DNA of 64,000 nucleotides from Microthyrium microscopicum (taxonomy: Eukaryota). Position numbers and translations under genes: made by a program. Positions within the stretch are counted from its first letter, which is position 1. Every line of letters starts with the position of its first letter. The notes under the pieces are model-generated. The model did no database searches. It saw only the letters and a program-made list of their open reading frames with translations, and was not told the origin of the DNA. Shown in pieces: positions 14,801 through 28,800 of this stretch. Location: the NCBI GenBank assembly GCA_010405405.1, contig MU004231.1, positions 422,153 to 486,152 on the forward strand. Direction: 5' to 3'.

Positions 14801-17390
14801 GTTAATAATATTAGGTATTAGTTTATATATATTAGATAGATAAGGTTTAATTTGTTTCTTATAAGCTTACTATATATTAATTCTTATATTGCTATTCTTA
14901 CTATTATAATTATATTATTACTTATCCTTATAAGGTTATAATTCTTAGAGGTATTTTACTTTTATACTACGTAACGTATTTACTTTATCTAATAAAGAAG
15001 ATAGTAAGTTTAGTAACTAAGATTTAGATAGCGTAGTAACTTTTTTTATAGTTAAATTATTTACTTTAGTAGCTATAGAGTTATCTAGTATAGTAATATC
15101 TTTCTTAGTTAAGTCTTTAGCATTTATAAGAATATTTACTATAAGTAGTAATAATTCTAAGTTATTAGTAGTAAGATTAATAACGTCCTTAATGCTAATA
15201 AGATTAATAATATACTTAAAGGAACTTAAAGGTTTAGTATAGCTAGAAAAAGATAGCTTATTTTAAGAAGATAACATAGTTAAAGAAGCTAATATACTTA
15301 GAGAACTATAGCGTTTTCTTAAGTAATTAAGAAAGGGTTTAGTTATTATTAAATAACTTAATTTTCGTAAAATAAAGAGTAATATAATATAATCTAGAGT
15401 AGTAAAATTGGGTCTTTATAAATAACGTATTTTAGATAGATAATTAATATTTATAGAAATTAGTACTTATACTTTGCTATCTTCTATCTATATATTACTA
15501 ATAGAAGGCTTAAGGCTTTAAGGCTATATAAGTTTATTACTATTTAGAAGTAGTACTTAATCTTGTTATACGCTCTCTATCTCTAACTTAATAATACGTT
15601 CTTTAAGTTCTTAAAAAGATATAGTAATAATATTTATAGGTCTAGCGCTATCTAGAAGTAGTACTTAATCTTATTATATACTTCCTATCTTTAGCTTAAT
15701 AATACGCTCTTTAAGTTCTTAAAAAGATATAGTAGTAGTATTTATAGGTCTAGCGTTATCTAGAAGTAGTACTTAATCTTATTATACGCCCTTTATCTCT
15801 AGCTTAATAATATACTCTTTAAGTCCTTAAGAAGATATAGTAGTAGTATTTATAGGTCTAGCGCTATTTAGAAGTAGTACTTAATCTTATTATATACTCT
15901 CTATCTCTAGCTTAATAATAGGCTCTTTAAGTCTTTAAGAAGATATAGTAGTAGTATTTATAGGTCTAGCGCTATCTAGAAGTAGTACTTAATCTTATTA
16001 TATACTCTCTATCTCTAGCTTAATAATAGGCTCTTTAAGTCCTTAAGAAGATATAGTAGTAGTATTTATAGGTCTAGCGCTATCTAGAAGTAGTGCTTAA
16101 TTTTATTATATGCCCTCTATCTCTAGCTTAATAACGCGTTCTTTAAGTCCTTAAAAAGATATAGTAGTAGTATTTATAAGTCTAGCGCTATCTAGAAATA
16201 ATGCTTAATTTTATTATATGCCTCTTATCTCTATATTAGTAGTAGTATTCTAGGGCTATAATATTTAGACTAGTAAGCTTAGAGGAGTATAATATTCTTA
16301 GCTACTATTCTTATTAATTGCTTCTAAGATTAGAGTTAATTTTGTCTTTACTTCCTTACGTTTAGACTTGCCTCTATTTTTCCTACTAAATAAGCTTATT
16401 TATACTAAAGTCTATTATTCTTTATAATTATAAAAACTAGATTTATTTTTAAATTTTTTTTTATTTATAGATACTAAAAGATTATAGCTACTACTAACTC
16501 TTTTTATATCGTCCTTATTATTATAGTACTTTTACTTTATTCTACTAAGCGGTACTAGTAGAAATTCTAAGTCTTCTTCTTTAGAATTATCTAGATTACT
16601 ATTTAAATTTATTTTAAAATCCTTAACTAAGCTATTTTTAGAATCCTTATCTAAGCTATCTTTATTATCTTTAATAACCTTACTATCTTTATTATCTTTA
16701 GTAACCTTATTATCTTTATTATCTTTAGTAACCTTACTATTTTTATTAAATTAGTTAGGAATAGGATCTTTATACGTATTATATTTATATATTAATAGTT
16801 TAGTAGTAAAGGTAGGTTAAGTAGTTAGCTAGGGATCTATATAAGATTAAGTATAAGGTTTCTTATTATATTTATTTTAAGGTAAAGGAGAAGGGCTTAG
16901 AGTAGAAGTAACTAAGGCCTTACGCTTTTATTTACTAGTATAAATTTTCTTTAAGAGAGATTTAACCTAGGTAACCTTAAAAGTAATCTTTCTTAGCCTA
17001 TAGGGATTATTATAGGCAACTTTAGTAAAATTATATATATCTAAACTTATTAAAATAGTTTAATTATCTTATATTTAACCTATACTATAAATTGTATTTA
17101 GACTTTTAGATAGGTTTAACTTTAGGCTTATTATGCCTTTAAAGTACTCTATACTAATCTTAACTATATATTTATAGATATCTATATTTATCTTAGATAA
17201 GTTAAAAGGGCCTAGTTTATATATATCTTTTAGGTCTAGTATAACTTATTTTTATAAGGAGTTCTTAGTAAATACTAGTATAATTATATTAAGGTCTTTA
17301 CTATCTTAAGTATTAGTTTTCTAAAAGGTAGATAAAGACTATTAAGTTTTATAGTATTTCTTTAAAGTAGGCTTTTTTTTTTTTAATTAT
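11830..17390 (-). pseudogene. RIP-inactivated SNF2-family (SF2) helicase/ATPase
   Basis: All in one minus frame, with de-RIP residues in brackets. Motif I: FYI.(D)VLGL(G)KTI(Q) at ~14325-14375. Motif II: VLVLD(E)S(H) at ~13589-13612. GKVLII at ~12555-12572. Motifs V-VI: VLV(G)TY..(CG)T(G)NN(WQ).AKHLII...(Q)G(AG)KVL(R)VGN at ~12155-12290. Both ends are approximate. Confidence 0.82.
15540..16235 (-). repeat. 108-bp tandem repeat, ~6.4 copies (36-codon unit) in the N-terminal part of the SNF2 relic
   Basis: GAAGTAGT(A/G)CTTAAT anchors at 15547, 15655, 15763, 15871, 15979, 16087, with a variant at 16195. Copies differ almost only by transitions. Confidence 0.96.
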
Positions 17391-17404
17391 ATACGTGTAG
17401 GAGA

Positions 17405-17567
17405 GTCTAATAGAGCTAAAGAAGATAGCTAAATAAATCTAGATAGTATATAGCTATTACTAGAGGTATATACGTAAGATTAGAAAGGGTCTAGTAGAGC
17501 TAAAGAAGGTAGCTAAGTAAATCTAGGTAGTATATAACTATTACTAAAGGTATATATATAAGATTAG
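17405..17567. repeat. Two tandem copies of an 84-bp unit just upstream of the SNF2 relic
   Basis: GTCTA(A/G)TAGAGCTAAAGAAG..AAGATTAG at 17405 and 17489. Confidence 0.9.
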
Positions 17568-19999
17568 TTATACTATAGTATATTATTATAATAACTTCTT
17601 AAGGTACCTTAGAAGAAGTTATTATTACCTTTATTAGTATAGCTTAGCGCTATATTCTTACTAGTATTAAATTACTATAAAGTTTAATATAGGCTATAGC
17701 TATTAAAACCTAGCTAAGGTAGAATTATACCTTTAAATCTAAATATTATAAAGTTATACTAAGTTAGGTTATACTATATAAATAGTAGAAGTTATATTTT
17801 ATAATAGCTAGGCTACTATTATAGTTAATAGTAGACATTACTATTTTAAAAGCCTAGTAGTAATATTATATAGCCTTAGTATTTATATTAGTTAAATAAA
17901 GGATAAGACGTAGCTAAACTTAGGCTATTACTTTATAGTTACGATATATTTAGTAATATACTATTAATAGGGTTTAAATAGTAAGTATGATTTTCTTATA
18001 GTCTATTTATAGTTTTATAAAGCTAGTTAGGAAGCTAGAAATAGTATAACTAATATTTTTTAAAAGTAGAATTACTATACGTATCTTTATTATTAAATAT
18101 TATAAACGCTTAGGTTATTTATAGAATAATTAGGATTATATCTAGCTTTAAAGTAAAATAATTATATAGATTATAAGGCTACTTTTGCTACTTATATTAT
18201 TCTTAATAAGCTTATTTATTACTAATAAGATATTACGCGTATAAAAGTATAATCTAGTTTAGGGCTTTATAAAAAGGGATATTAAATACTAATAAGATAA
18301 TAGCTTAGAAGAATTATAAATTACGTTTAATAACTTTAATATATTTAAGATTATAGTTAATAGTATTAGTAAGCTATCTAATTACGCTAAATTAGTTAAG
18401 AATATCCTTTTTTATAATAAAGATAATATTAAGGACTATTTTGTTAGTATAATAGCCTAATTCTATATAAAGGTTTATTTTAGTTACGTTATTCTTAGCT
18501 CTAACTATCTACTTAGCCTACTTATAATCTCTCTAATTATACTTAGAGTTTGCTTTATAAATTGTCTTTACTACGTTATTTATAGGGTTTAGTATAGATT
18601 TATTAATAAAGTTAATAACGCTAGAAGAGGAAGATTTATTAGATATAGTAAATTAGTAGTAGATTAAAAGTAAAAAGTATTTAGTAAGGATATATTAAAG
18701 CTAGTAAGTTAAGTTAGCTAAAATATTTATTTAGTACCTCTAAGTAGTATTATACTATATCTTTAAAGTTAGCTATTATAAAATATTATACCTATAGGCT
18801 ACTACTAGCTAAAAGTAAGGTTTATACTAAAGGAGAGCTAGTTCTAAAGGTCTATATATAAAATACTAAAACTTTCTAAAGTAAGGGTACTAAGGGAATA
18901 GCTTATTTAATGTTATAATTAATTTATAAGGAGGAATTATACCTAGAGGCCTTATTAAAGGAATAGTTAGGTATATAAAAGTCTTAAGCTATAGAATTAA
19001 GAATACTAATTTATATCTTTAACTTAAGGAGAAGAATTTAATACCTATAGAGCTAAACTAAAGCGATTACTAAGTATATAAAATACTAATAGCTAAAAAA
19101 TAGATAAATTAAAAGAACTTATTTAATCTAGTAATTATAGAGGAGTAGTAAGGTAGAGATATAGTAGTAAGAGAGGAAGTATTAAAGGCTTAGAGAAAGG
19201 ATATTTTAAAATAGTAAAGTAGAGCTTAGCTAATATAAGCTTAAACTTAAAAGGAAGTCTTAGCTTATATAAGGTTAGCTAAGTTCTTAACTTAGTAGTT
19301 ATAATATAAGGTTTAGTAGTAATTATAATAGAATAAGAAACTATAATTAATATTTATATCTATACTTAATATTTAAAAGGAAAGGAGTAGTCTTTCTTAA
19401 TTTTAAGAGCTATATAATTATTACGTATAGGCTTTAGTAAGGTTTCTACCTATTTAACTAGAAGATTCTATACTAGAAGAGGAAATATTTCTATTTTCTT
19501 ATTACTAAATCTCTCTTATTACTATTCTCTTATTACTATTCTATAATTATTAAATTAAATAAGTTCTTCTAAATCTATCTTATACTTAGTTATTATATAT
19601 AGAATAGCGTAGCTTTATAATAACTCTATTAGTAGATAAACTTTTAGTTACGTCTTTAGTAGAGAAAATAATTCCTTACTCTATTTCTATAACCTCTTTC
19701 TTATTACTACCTCTTTCTCTTACTACTTTTTATAATTATAAGAATTAAATAAGTCTTCTTAAATAATTCCTTAAGTTTATCTTTTTATAAATAGTATAGC
19801 TTAGTAACCTAAAGTTTAGGCTAAATAGCTAACTTTTAATAGTTACGCCTTTAGGCTTTAGTATAGTAAGTAAGTTACTACTTTTATTACTATTATTTAT
19901 CTTCTTTTCTTAATACTTCTCTTTCCTTAAAGAAAATACTACCTAAATTCTTTATATCTTCTATCTCTTCCTTAGCTCTTACTCTACTTATTATAAGTA

Positions 20000-22900
20000 T
20001 AGCTACTTATAACGCTTTATATACTTAGTAATTAGTATATAATTATAATAGCTAAATCTATAGCTAAAATATAGATAAAAACGAAATTCTTACTAAGATC
20101 TTTAGCTATCTAGCTATTATAATCCTAAAACTTCTTCTTAATTAGCGTAAAACTTATACTTCTTATAAAAATAGTAAGCTAAATAATTCTAAAGCTATTA
20201 AAATATAAGTTTAAAGAAATTTATTTCCTTATTCTTAGCTAATTACTTATATAGACTAGATTCTATAGCTATCTCTATCTACCTAGCTAAAGAGGATTCT
20301 TTATCTATATTTCTAGACTTAAGTAAATAAAATTCTAAGACTAAGGATAAAGATAAAGTAAAAGTCTAGAATAGTTTAGAAGCCTCTAAATATACCCTTA
20401 TACTAACGCCTTAAATAGATCTTAAGAATTCTTAATATACTATTTATAATCTTATAGTAAATTTATCTAATAGTAAGTCCCTAATCTAGTAGATCTATAG
20501 CTTATAAGTATATTTAGGTAAGCCTTATTTAGAAGATATACTAAAGAAAGGTCTAAAAGTAGCTCTTAGTAGAGATAATCTAGTTAATAAAGTAAATTAA
20601 TACTTAGGTAATAGTATTAATAATAAAGTTAATTAAGATAGTATTACTAATAAGCCTAAATATATATATAGATTAAAAAAGAAGCATTAATAGGCTATAG
20701 TTTCTAATATTAAAGTATAATTCTCTACGATAAAAAATAATAAATAGGTTACCTAGTTTATATTAATCTTAACTATCTATCTATATTTTAGAGATAAAAG
20801 AAATACTTTTAAAGTTAATAAGAATAAAAATAATATATAGGAAAATATTATAACTCTAATAGTTAAAACTATTTACTTCTTACTAGATAATCTAATTATA
20901 GAGAAGAAAAAGATAGACTAGATAGTTACTAAGTTTTTTATAGTTATTCTAGAGAAGTAACTTATCTAATTAGCTTATAAGATTAATTAAGACGTTAAAT
21001 ACTATAGAAGTATACTAGCTATAGGCTATATAACTATGCTTATTATTAAGATATATCTTAACTTATTAAATAATCCTTTTTAAGTCTACTCTACTATAAC
21101 TAGTAATTTAATAGTTAGTAGTAAGGATACTAAATTTAACCTATTTCTCTACTATCTCTAATATACTATTTAGAATTAGTACTTTATAGTCTTTTAGTTC
21201 TTTAGGGTTAATACTAGCCTAGCTATACTTATAGAAAAGAATCTTCCTTAGCTAATCTCTTAAGGCGCGTAAACTAATTTAGATATTATTCTTATTAATA
21301 TTAATTATCTATTTATAAATAGCGTCTTTAGCTTATAGAAGGGTTATATTGCCCTCTTAGATAATTATAATAATCTTATAAAAGTAAAGAATAATAGAAT
21401 TATAAGTTTATTATATATAGTCTATTCTTTAGTCCTATATCTATTTATAGCCTAGAGTATAGATCTAGTAGAATAGCTTTATTAGGCGTATAAGTAGAAT
21501 AAGGCTCTCTATAATACTATATTACACGCTACTAAAATATTAGGAGATAAAGACTATAAATTCTTAGTAAGCCTTAATTTCTATACTATAGTAAATAAAT
21601 GTAAATATTCCTATTTTTAAGAGGGTAATATTTATATAATCTAACTTAAGCTAGGAGCTAGACTTAAGAGCTCTTAATTTATTACTAAAGTTATTAACTA
21701 GGATTATAATATTTAAGCTACCTATAACGTGCTTATAATTATATACTATTCTTCTATTATACCTAATAATAGATATACTAATAATGCTTAATTTTCTTTA
21801 TTCTAAATTTCTAAAGAAGTTATTATTCCTTTAGACTATAGCTAATTAATTAAGAATCTACGTAAGGCCTTTCTTAAACTAAAAAGGCTAGAGATTAAGG
21901 TATATATATATAATTTAGATAAGCCTATTATACGTTAAATAAATAGTCTTAACTAGGCATAGTTAAAATAAAAAGAATATAATCTAGATTGCTACTTTAC
22001 TATAGTACTTAGCTTATATCTAGACTCTTTAGAATATTAGCTTTTATTAGAGAAGATTCTTACTATTTATGCTTTATTCTTACTTCTTAGAAAGGTAGAG
22101 TTTAGTATTATATTAAAGCATACTAAAGAAGTATTAATAGACGCTAACGCGCTAAAAAAGTTAACTATAAAGATTAATAAAGTATAAGAAGATACTTTAT
22201 TAAGTAGCTTATCCTCTAGTAATATTAAGAATAATATATTAAAACCTTTAACTAGTTAGACTAAAGAAACTTTAAAGGAAATAAGTAGTAGTTCTACTTT
22301 ATAAAAGCTAATTAATAAGCTACTTAATCTAGATTTGTCTAACTATATAACTAAATCTTAGTTTAAATAGGAATTTAAAGCTAATAATAATAATACCTCT
22401 TATTCTTCCTTCCTCTTCGTTTAAGATAATGTTAATATAGAATCCTTAAATGCTACTATAGTAGTGCTCCTTTATTCTACTAATAATAGTACTTCTTAGC
22501 CCCTTTATCTTTCTATCTAAGATAATATTAATATAGAATCCCTAGATACTATTATAGTAGCGCTCCTTTATCTTAATAATAATAGCACTTCTTATTTTTC
22601 CTCCTTCTTTATCTAAGATAACGTTAATATAGAATCCTTAAATGCTACTATAGTAGTGCTTCTCTATTCTATTAATAATAGTACTTCTTATCCTTTCTCT
22701 CCCTCTATCTAAGATAATATTAATATAGAATCCTTAGATACTACTATAGTAGCGCCCCTTTATTCTACTAATAATAGTACCTTCCTCCTTATAGAGTCTT
22801 AAGCTTAGAATTAATAGACTAAGCTAGAGGTTGCTAAAGCTAATAGTAAATAGGGTTAGTAATTAAAAGTAGCTAATAATAAATAGGGTTAGTAATTAAA

Positions 22901-23077
22901 AGTAGCTAACGACAAATAGGGTTAGTAATTAAATACAGCTAATAACGCTAATAATAATAATAATAATAATAATAATACCTACAAAGATATACCTAAAGAT
23001 ATTTCTAATTCTAATAAATAGTTAGATAATAAGATTATGCCTATAAAAAATACTAATAATACTAATAATAGTAATAC

Positions 23078-23108
<31 letters not shown>

Positions 23109-25300
23109 ACTAATATTAATAATACTAATATTAATAATAATTAGTACTAGTTGTTAAGCACTTTTGTAGGACTAGGTATAGCTACTTTTATATAATTACT
23201 AAAGACTAACTTTAGAATTACCTTAGAAGAGATTTAAAATCTTATAAAAAAGGTAGAGTAGATTAGTATTGTAAAAGCTCTTTATAAGGATTAAAAAGAG
23301 TTTATTAATGTTATTCTCTTAAAAGGTAGTAAGGATAGACTTAATATCTACTATACTAGGCTAGGATGTAGTAAGACTAAAATTATAAAAGCTATAATAG
23401 CAATATTAATTGCCTTTGTAATGTTCTATTCTAATTTTAAGATAAAGATTTTAGCTATATATACTATAAATATATAATTAGATAACCTTATTACTAAGTA
23501 TATAAATATTTATATAGAAGTTAATCTTATAAACCTTTTGCGATTTTTTACTATCTAAGGATACTTAATTAAGATAGAGAAATCTATTGCTTTAAGGAAA
23601 TTAAAAGAGGTATAAATCTAAGTCTACTAAAATTAAGGTCCTAGTACGTAATAGTAGAATATAAATAATATAGATAACTATAGTATTAATATTCTAAATA
23701 CTAAAATAGTATTACTTACTAAATAGTATAGTATTTACTACTTATAGTAACTCTACGTAAATACTAAACGTTAAGACTTTAAAGGTATTTATAACTATTA
23801 TATTAAACGTTTTAAATACTTATTTAGGGAATTTATAAGTTAAGCTAGTAAGATAATTAGCGTAATTAACTTAGTAATAGAAAAGTAAGAATATAATATA
23901 GATATAGCTACTAAAGAGTTACTTAATTATGCCTTTAATTTTTAAATTTTTAATAAAAAGTATTATAGTAAGGAGAAGCTCTTAAAGTTAGAGAGCACTA
24001 ATTATAGTAAACTACTACTAGATATAGAGTAATATTGTTTATAATTAATAATTACTCTTTTTAGTTTTATAAACTATAACGCCCTATAAGAGTTTTTCTA
24101 GGTAAATTTTATAGGTATTAACTTATAGATTTATAATGAAGTAGTAGTATTATATAGACTATAGATAATAGCTATTATATCTCTATATAGACCTTAAATA
24201 ATTATATAGACTAGAGATTTATTCTAGCTTAAACCTATCTATAATCTTAAATATAAAAAAGTTGCGTTTTATAATAGTTCTTAAGTATTATTAATATATA
24301 ACGCTATAGTGAATAGCTTTAGCTAAACTATACTAAAACGAGTATTTAGATTTAATTTATCGTATTATAATCTCCTTAATAATATAGGCTACAAAATTCT
24401 TAAATATACTAATAATAATAACTCTAAATTTAACTAACTACAATATATTGTGGGCTAGCTCTTCCTATCCTTAGAACGTAGAAAAGATATACTATTTATA
24501 ATATTTATAAATATTAGAGATAGTAAAGTTAAAAAGGACGTTACTAGTTTAAGTTCTAATGTTTATAATGTCTATATTATAGCCTTTATATAGATTAAAC
24601 TTCTATTATAGATGTAATTAAAAGGTATTAATATTATAATTATTACTCCTTACCTTACGTAAACTAGCCTCTATGCTAAAACTAAAGGTTAGCTACTTAA
24701 ATAGATTATTACGTATATTTAAGATAATTATATATATACTTAGTAAGACTATTAAGATATACCTTTATAATTTAGCTAGGTTTTAATAACTATTTATAAT
24801 AATAGCTTTAGTACTAAGTATAATTAGAATCTTATTAATCTTGTTTAAAAAGATTATACTAGTTTTTTTATAGAAAACTTATAAATAAATGCTATAGTAT
24901 CTTAAGGCCGCTTATCCTTATTCTTTAGTAACTTAAAGCTTTATAGTACTATGATAGCTCCTAGTGCTAAGAGATAGGAGGAGTTTAAATAATCTATACT
25001 TAGTAGATTACTAAAGTATTTTATTAATAATAGCTATATGTAGTATATACTATTTACTAATAATTACTCTTATTAGAATTTAGAGAAACTTAATATTCCT
25101 AACTTTAATAGAGTAGTTTCTTATTATAAGAAAGAGCTAAATATATATAAGGAGATTAAAACTATTATACTTAAAGAACTAAAGGTAATTAGAGATCTTA
25201 TAGAACTAACCTTACTTTATAGTTTTAAACCTAAGGATAAAGAATTTAAAGCTAATAAAGTTAATAAAGAAGGTAAAGTTAGTAAAGATTAGTAGTAAGG
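20000..25300 (+). pseudogene. RIP-inactivated UPF1/DNA2/NAM7-like SF1 helicase (AAA_11 + AAA_12 type)
   Basis: All in one plus frame. Walker A (AGP)GC(G)KT at 23355-23378. Walker B (D)E(AA) at 24135-24146. Motif III (G)D.F(Q)LKP at 24213-24236. IITPYL(AQ) at 24639-24662. (R).NA.VS(R)GR at 24882-24911. The 5' boundary is uncertain. Confidence 0.88.
22385..23140 (+). repeat. In-frame repeats inside the SF1 helicase relic: 4x96 bp, ~3.5x33 bp and (AAT)n tracts
   Basis: AAGATAA anchors at 22423, 22519, 22615, 22711. A GCTAA....AAATAGGGTTAGTAATTAAA unit at 22839, 22872, 22905. AAT runs at 22950-22977 and 23055-23140. Confidence 0.92.
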
Positions 25301-25899
25301 AATAGTAATAAGGAAAAGAATAGTAAGAAGGTTTAAGTTTAAAGTAAGATTTATTTAGCTAATTAATTAACTAACTTAGATAGTATAATAGTTAGTACTA
25401 AATAGAAAAAGGGTTTAGGATAAAAAGATTATATAGATAAGAAAATTTAATAAAAAAGAATATATAAGGAGGTTAGATTAAAAAGATAGATAGAATAGTA
25501 CTATTACTAGAAAAGTTAACTTATTAAGTTAGTAATTAATAATATAAAGTTATGTAACGTATCTCTAGCGTAATATTATAATTTATTAGTTATATAAGAT
25601 TAGCTAGTATCCTTACTTAGTCTTAGTACTAGCTATCTAGAATATTTAGAAATGTCTAATACGTTTAGAAATATTTAGTAAGTAAAGGTATATTATATAT
25701 ATAATAAAATATTATTAGGTAATATTCCTAAGAGTTAACTTTGCTACTTAAGCTTTAGAATACTAAGTAAAATTAAACGCTAGTTATTACTAGTATAAAT
25801 TTAATGCTAAATTTACTACTTATATACTAAGGATATACTTATATCTTTAAAAGTTAATAAGGACAAAATAGGTATAGAAGTTAATATACTAGCGTAATC

Positions 25900-28800
25900 C
25901 TTTTAGTATTACGTATAATAATAGAGAAAGATAATTAGATATAGATATATCTAACTTATACGTTTTAATCTTTTAATATATATTTAACCTAAATAAGTTA
26001 TATTACTATTCTTATAGACTAATCTTCTTAAATGTAGGTATATTAAGTCTTTTAAATAATATATAGTTTCTCTTTATTGTAAATTCTTATAATTGCCTCT
26101 AAAGGCCCTTTAATTAAGTATAAAGATTAATATTAGTAATAGAAACTCTAGTAAGAAAACCTTCTATAAATAGTTCCTCTACTAGTATAAGATTTACTAC
26201 TTATTCTAGTTATAACTATACTATGTCTAAAACGCCTATAATAGAAGATAAGATAATTGCGTCTTTTACTATATCTTTATCTTTAGCTACCCTTAAAGCT
26301 ATAGAAAGAGTTATTACTCTAATATAGCATAAATGTAGTTTATAAGATAGAATAGATAAGGCTAATAAGTCTTAAAAGTCTAAGAGTAGTATATAATATA
26401 TAGTTAATAAAGTTATTATATATTTATAATAAAATTTAAGATATCTAGTAGGTATGCCTATATTAGCCTATAGAACTAATAAAAGCTATAACTAGATTAA
26501 TAAGTATAAGCTACTACCTTAAGATACTATTAAGATAGAGTACTAATATTATTATTTAGGAAGAGAAAAGCTCTATAGAGGAGTAAAGCTATAGAGTTAA
26601 CTAGAGAAAGAACTAGAGTTTACTAGTTAGGTAGTTTCTAGTAGTGTGTTAAAGAATAAGGTAAACGAGTTATTCTAGGGAATAGCCTTTAGGAGTAAAA
26701 TATATAACTTACTTAGTTAGAAAGTAAAGGATTATAAATTATTAATAGAAAATATTAATAACCTTAAAGGCTTTATACCTAGCTAATAGGAAGTAATACT
26801 TAAGGAACTACTATATAATAAGATAAAAGGCATTAAAAATCTTCTAGGTAGTAAAGTTAAGGTATACTTTTAGAGTATCTTAGAGATTATTAAATTCTTT
26901 ATCTCCTATAAGCCTTTTATTAAAGACTTCTACTTTAAGCTTATAATATAAAAGGATAAAGATAGTAAGTATATCTATATTAATACTTAATTAGTAGAAA
27001 GATAGTAGGAATTATAAAATAAGGTTAATTTAGGTATTATACTTATTCTTATCTACTAAGGGTTAAATAAAACTATAATATCTAAATAATATAGTAATAA
27101 CTATATATAGGCTTACTATATAATTATTTTTAATTTATTAGGAAGTATTAGAAGAGCTATGAAAAGACTAGGATTTCTTCTTATTATAGTACTCTCTAGG
27201 CTAAAAGGTATAGACGTTAATAGTAAACTTAAGATATTTTATAACGCTATAGATATTATGTTTAAAGGTTTAATACTACGCGTTTAAGTATTATAGAGCT
27301 ATTTGCTAATAAAATATAGAACTTAGAATAGTTTTTAAGAGTAGTTACGTTATAGTAACTACTAATAGCTAGTTTTAAAGGTATCTTCTAATTCTTATTT
27401 ACGTAAGTATAAATTATAAAGAGCTTATTATAATTATAGATATCTAGTCTAAATATTACTATCCTATTTGCTTAGTGCTATAACTATATTAGTAAGACCT
27501 TACTAGTAAATAGGCCTATTAGACTTATATAACTTTATAAAAGAATATATTAAAGTAAGAAGTACTTTGCTACGCTAATTAGAAAAGAGAGTATACTAAG
27601 TAGCTTATTACTACTAATAATACTAAAGATAAAGACTATATTTATAAAATTTATAATTTTGCTTAGAATTATTCTTTATTAAATATTTACGTAGTAATTA
27701 CTTTTAATCTACTATATATATTCTTTTTAAATAAACTAGTTAAGTAAGTAATAGATTAGACGGCCTAAATTATTTTAGAAAAGAGAGTACTAGTAATATC
27801 TATAGTACTAGTAGCTAAAATAAAGAATAATAGAGCTATATAGAAGACCTATGCCTATAAGATGCTAAAGATTAAGAGAAAGGATAGTAATATATTAAAG
27901 ACTAAGTAGAAGAGGAAAAAGAAGAAGTTTATATTTAGCGTAAAAGTAAAGTTTATAATTAATTGTAGGTTTCTATAGTATTCTATTTATCTAGGCTTTC
28001 TAAGGATAGCCTAAGGCTACTATAACGTTTAATAAAAGACTAGCCTAGAATTATAAGTACTTTTAAAGTAACTTATAGCTACCTTAGCTCTACTCTTAAT
28101 TCTAAAGGACCTAATTATAATAAAATTTATTAAAGCTTTAATAGATGTTATTATATTTTCTAGCTATAAGTTATATAATAAGAATATACTTAAATATATA
28201 TAAGTCTATTTATAAATTATAGAATATACTAAAATAGTAATATATAAGTATAAGACTCCTTAAGCTAGGTTTAAAGGGCTTAATTTCCTTAAGTTTTATA
28301 ACTTAATCTATCTTGTACTATCTATTTATATATTTAGCACTATAGATAGAACTAGTTCTAGCATTGTAGAAAAGTTATATTAGGAGTATACTATACTAGT
28401 AGCAAAATAGACTAACTTTTAACCTAGTTAGTACGTTTAGATAATCTACTATTTTACTAATTATATTAAGAATATAATCTAGAATAATAATAATAACTAT
28501 AACTATTAAGTCTATAATGTTACTAAGAAGAAGATTATGTTTAAAGGAACTTATTCTATAATTATTCTATTAAGTATGTCTAAATATAGTTTATAACTCT
28601 AATTATATTATATAGATAAGCTATATAATAAAAGTATTTATAAATCTAGTATACTTCTTACTAGGGACGTTAGTAAATAGGCTAAGCTTAATAACCTTAA
28701 GGGTTATTTATATAGCTAGTTAATTAATTGCTATAAAGAAGACCTTAAGAAGTACTAGTCTTTTCTAAAGCTAATACTATTATATATATAGAGTAAAGAA

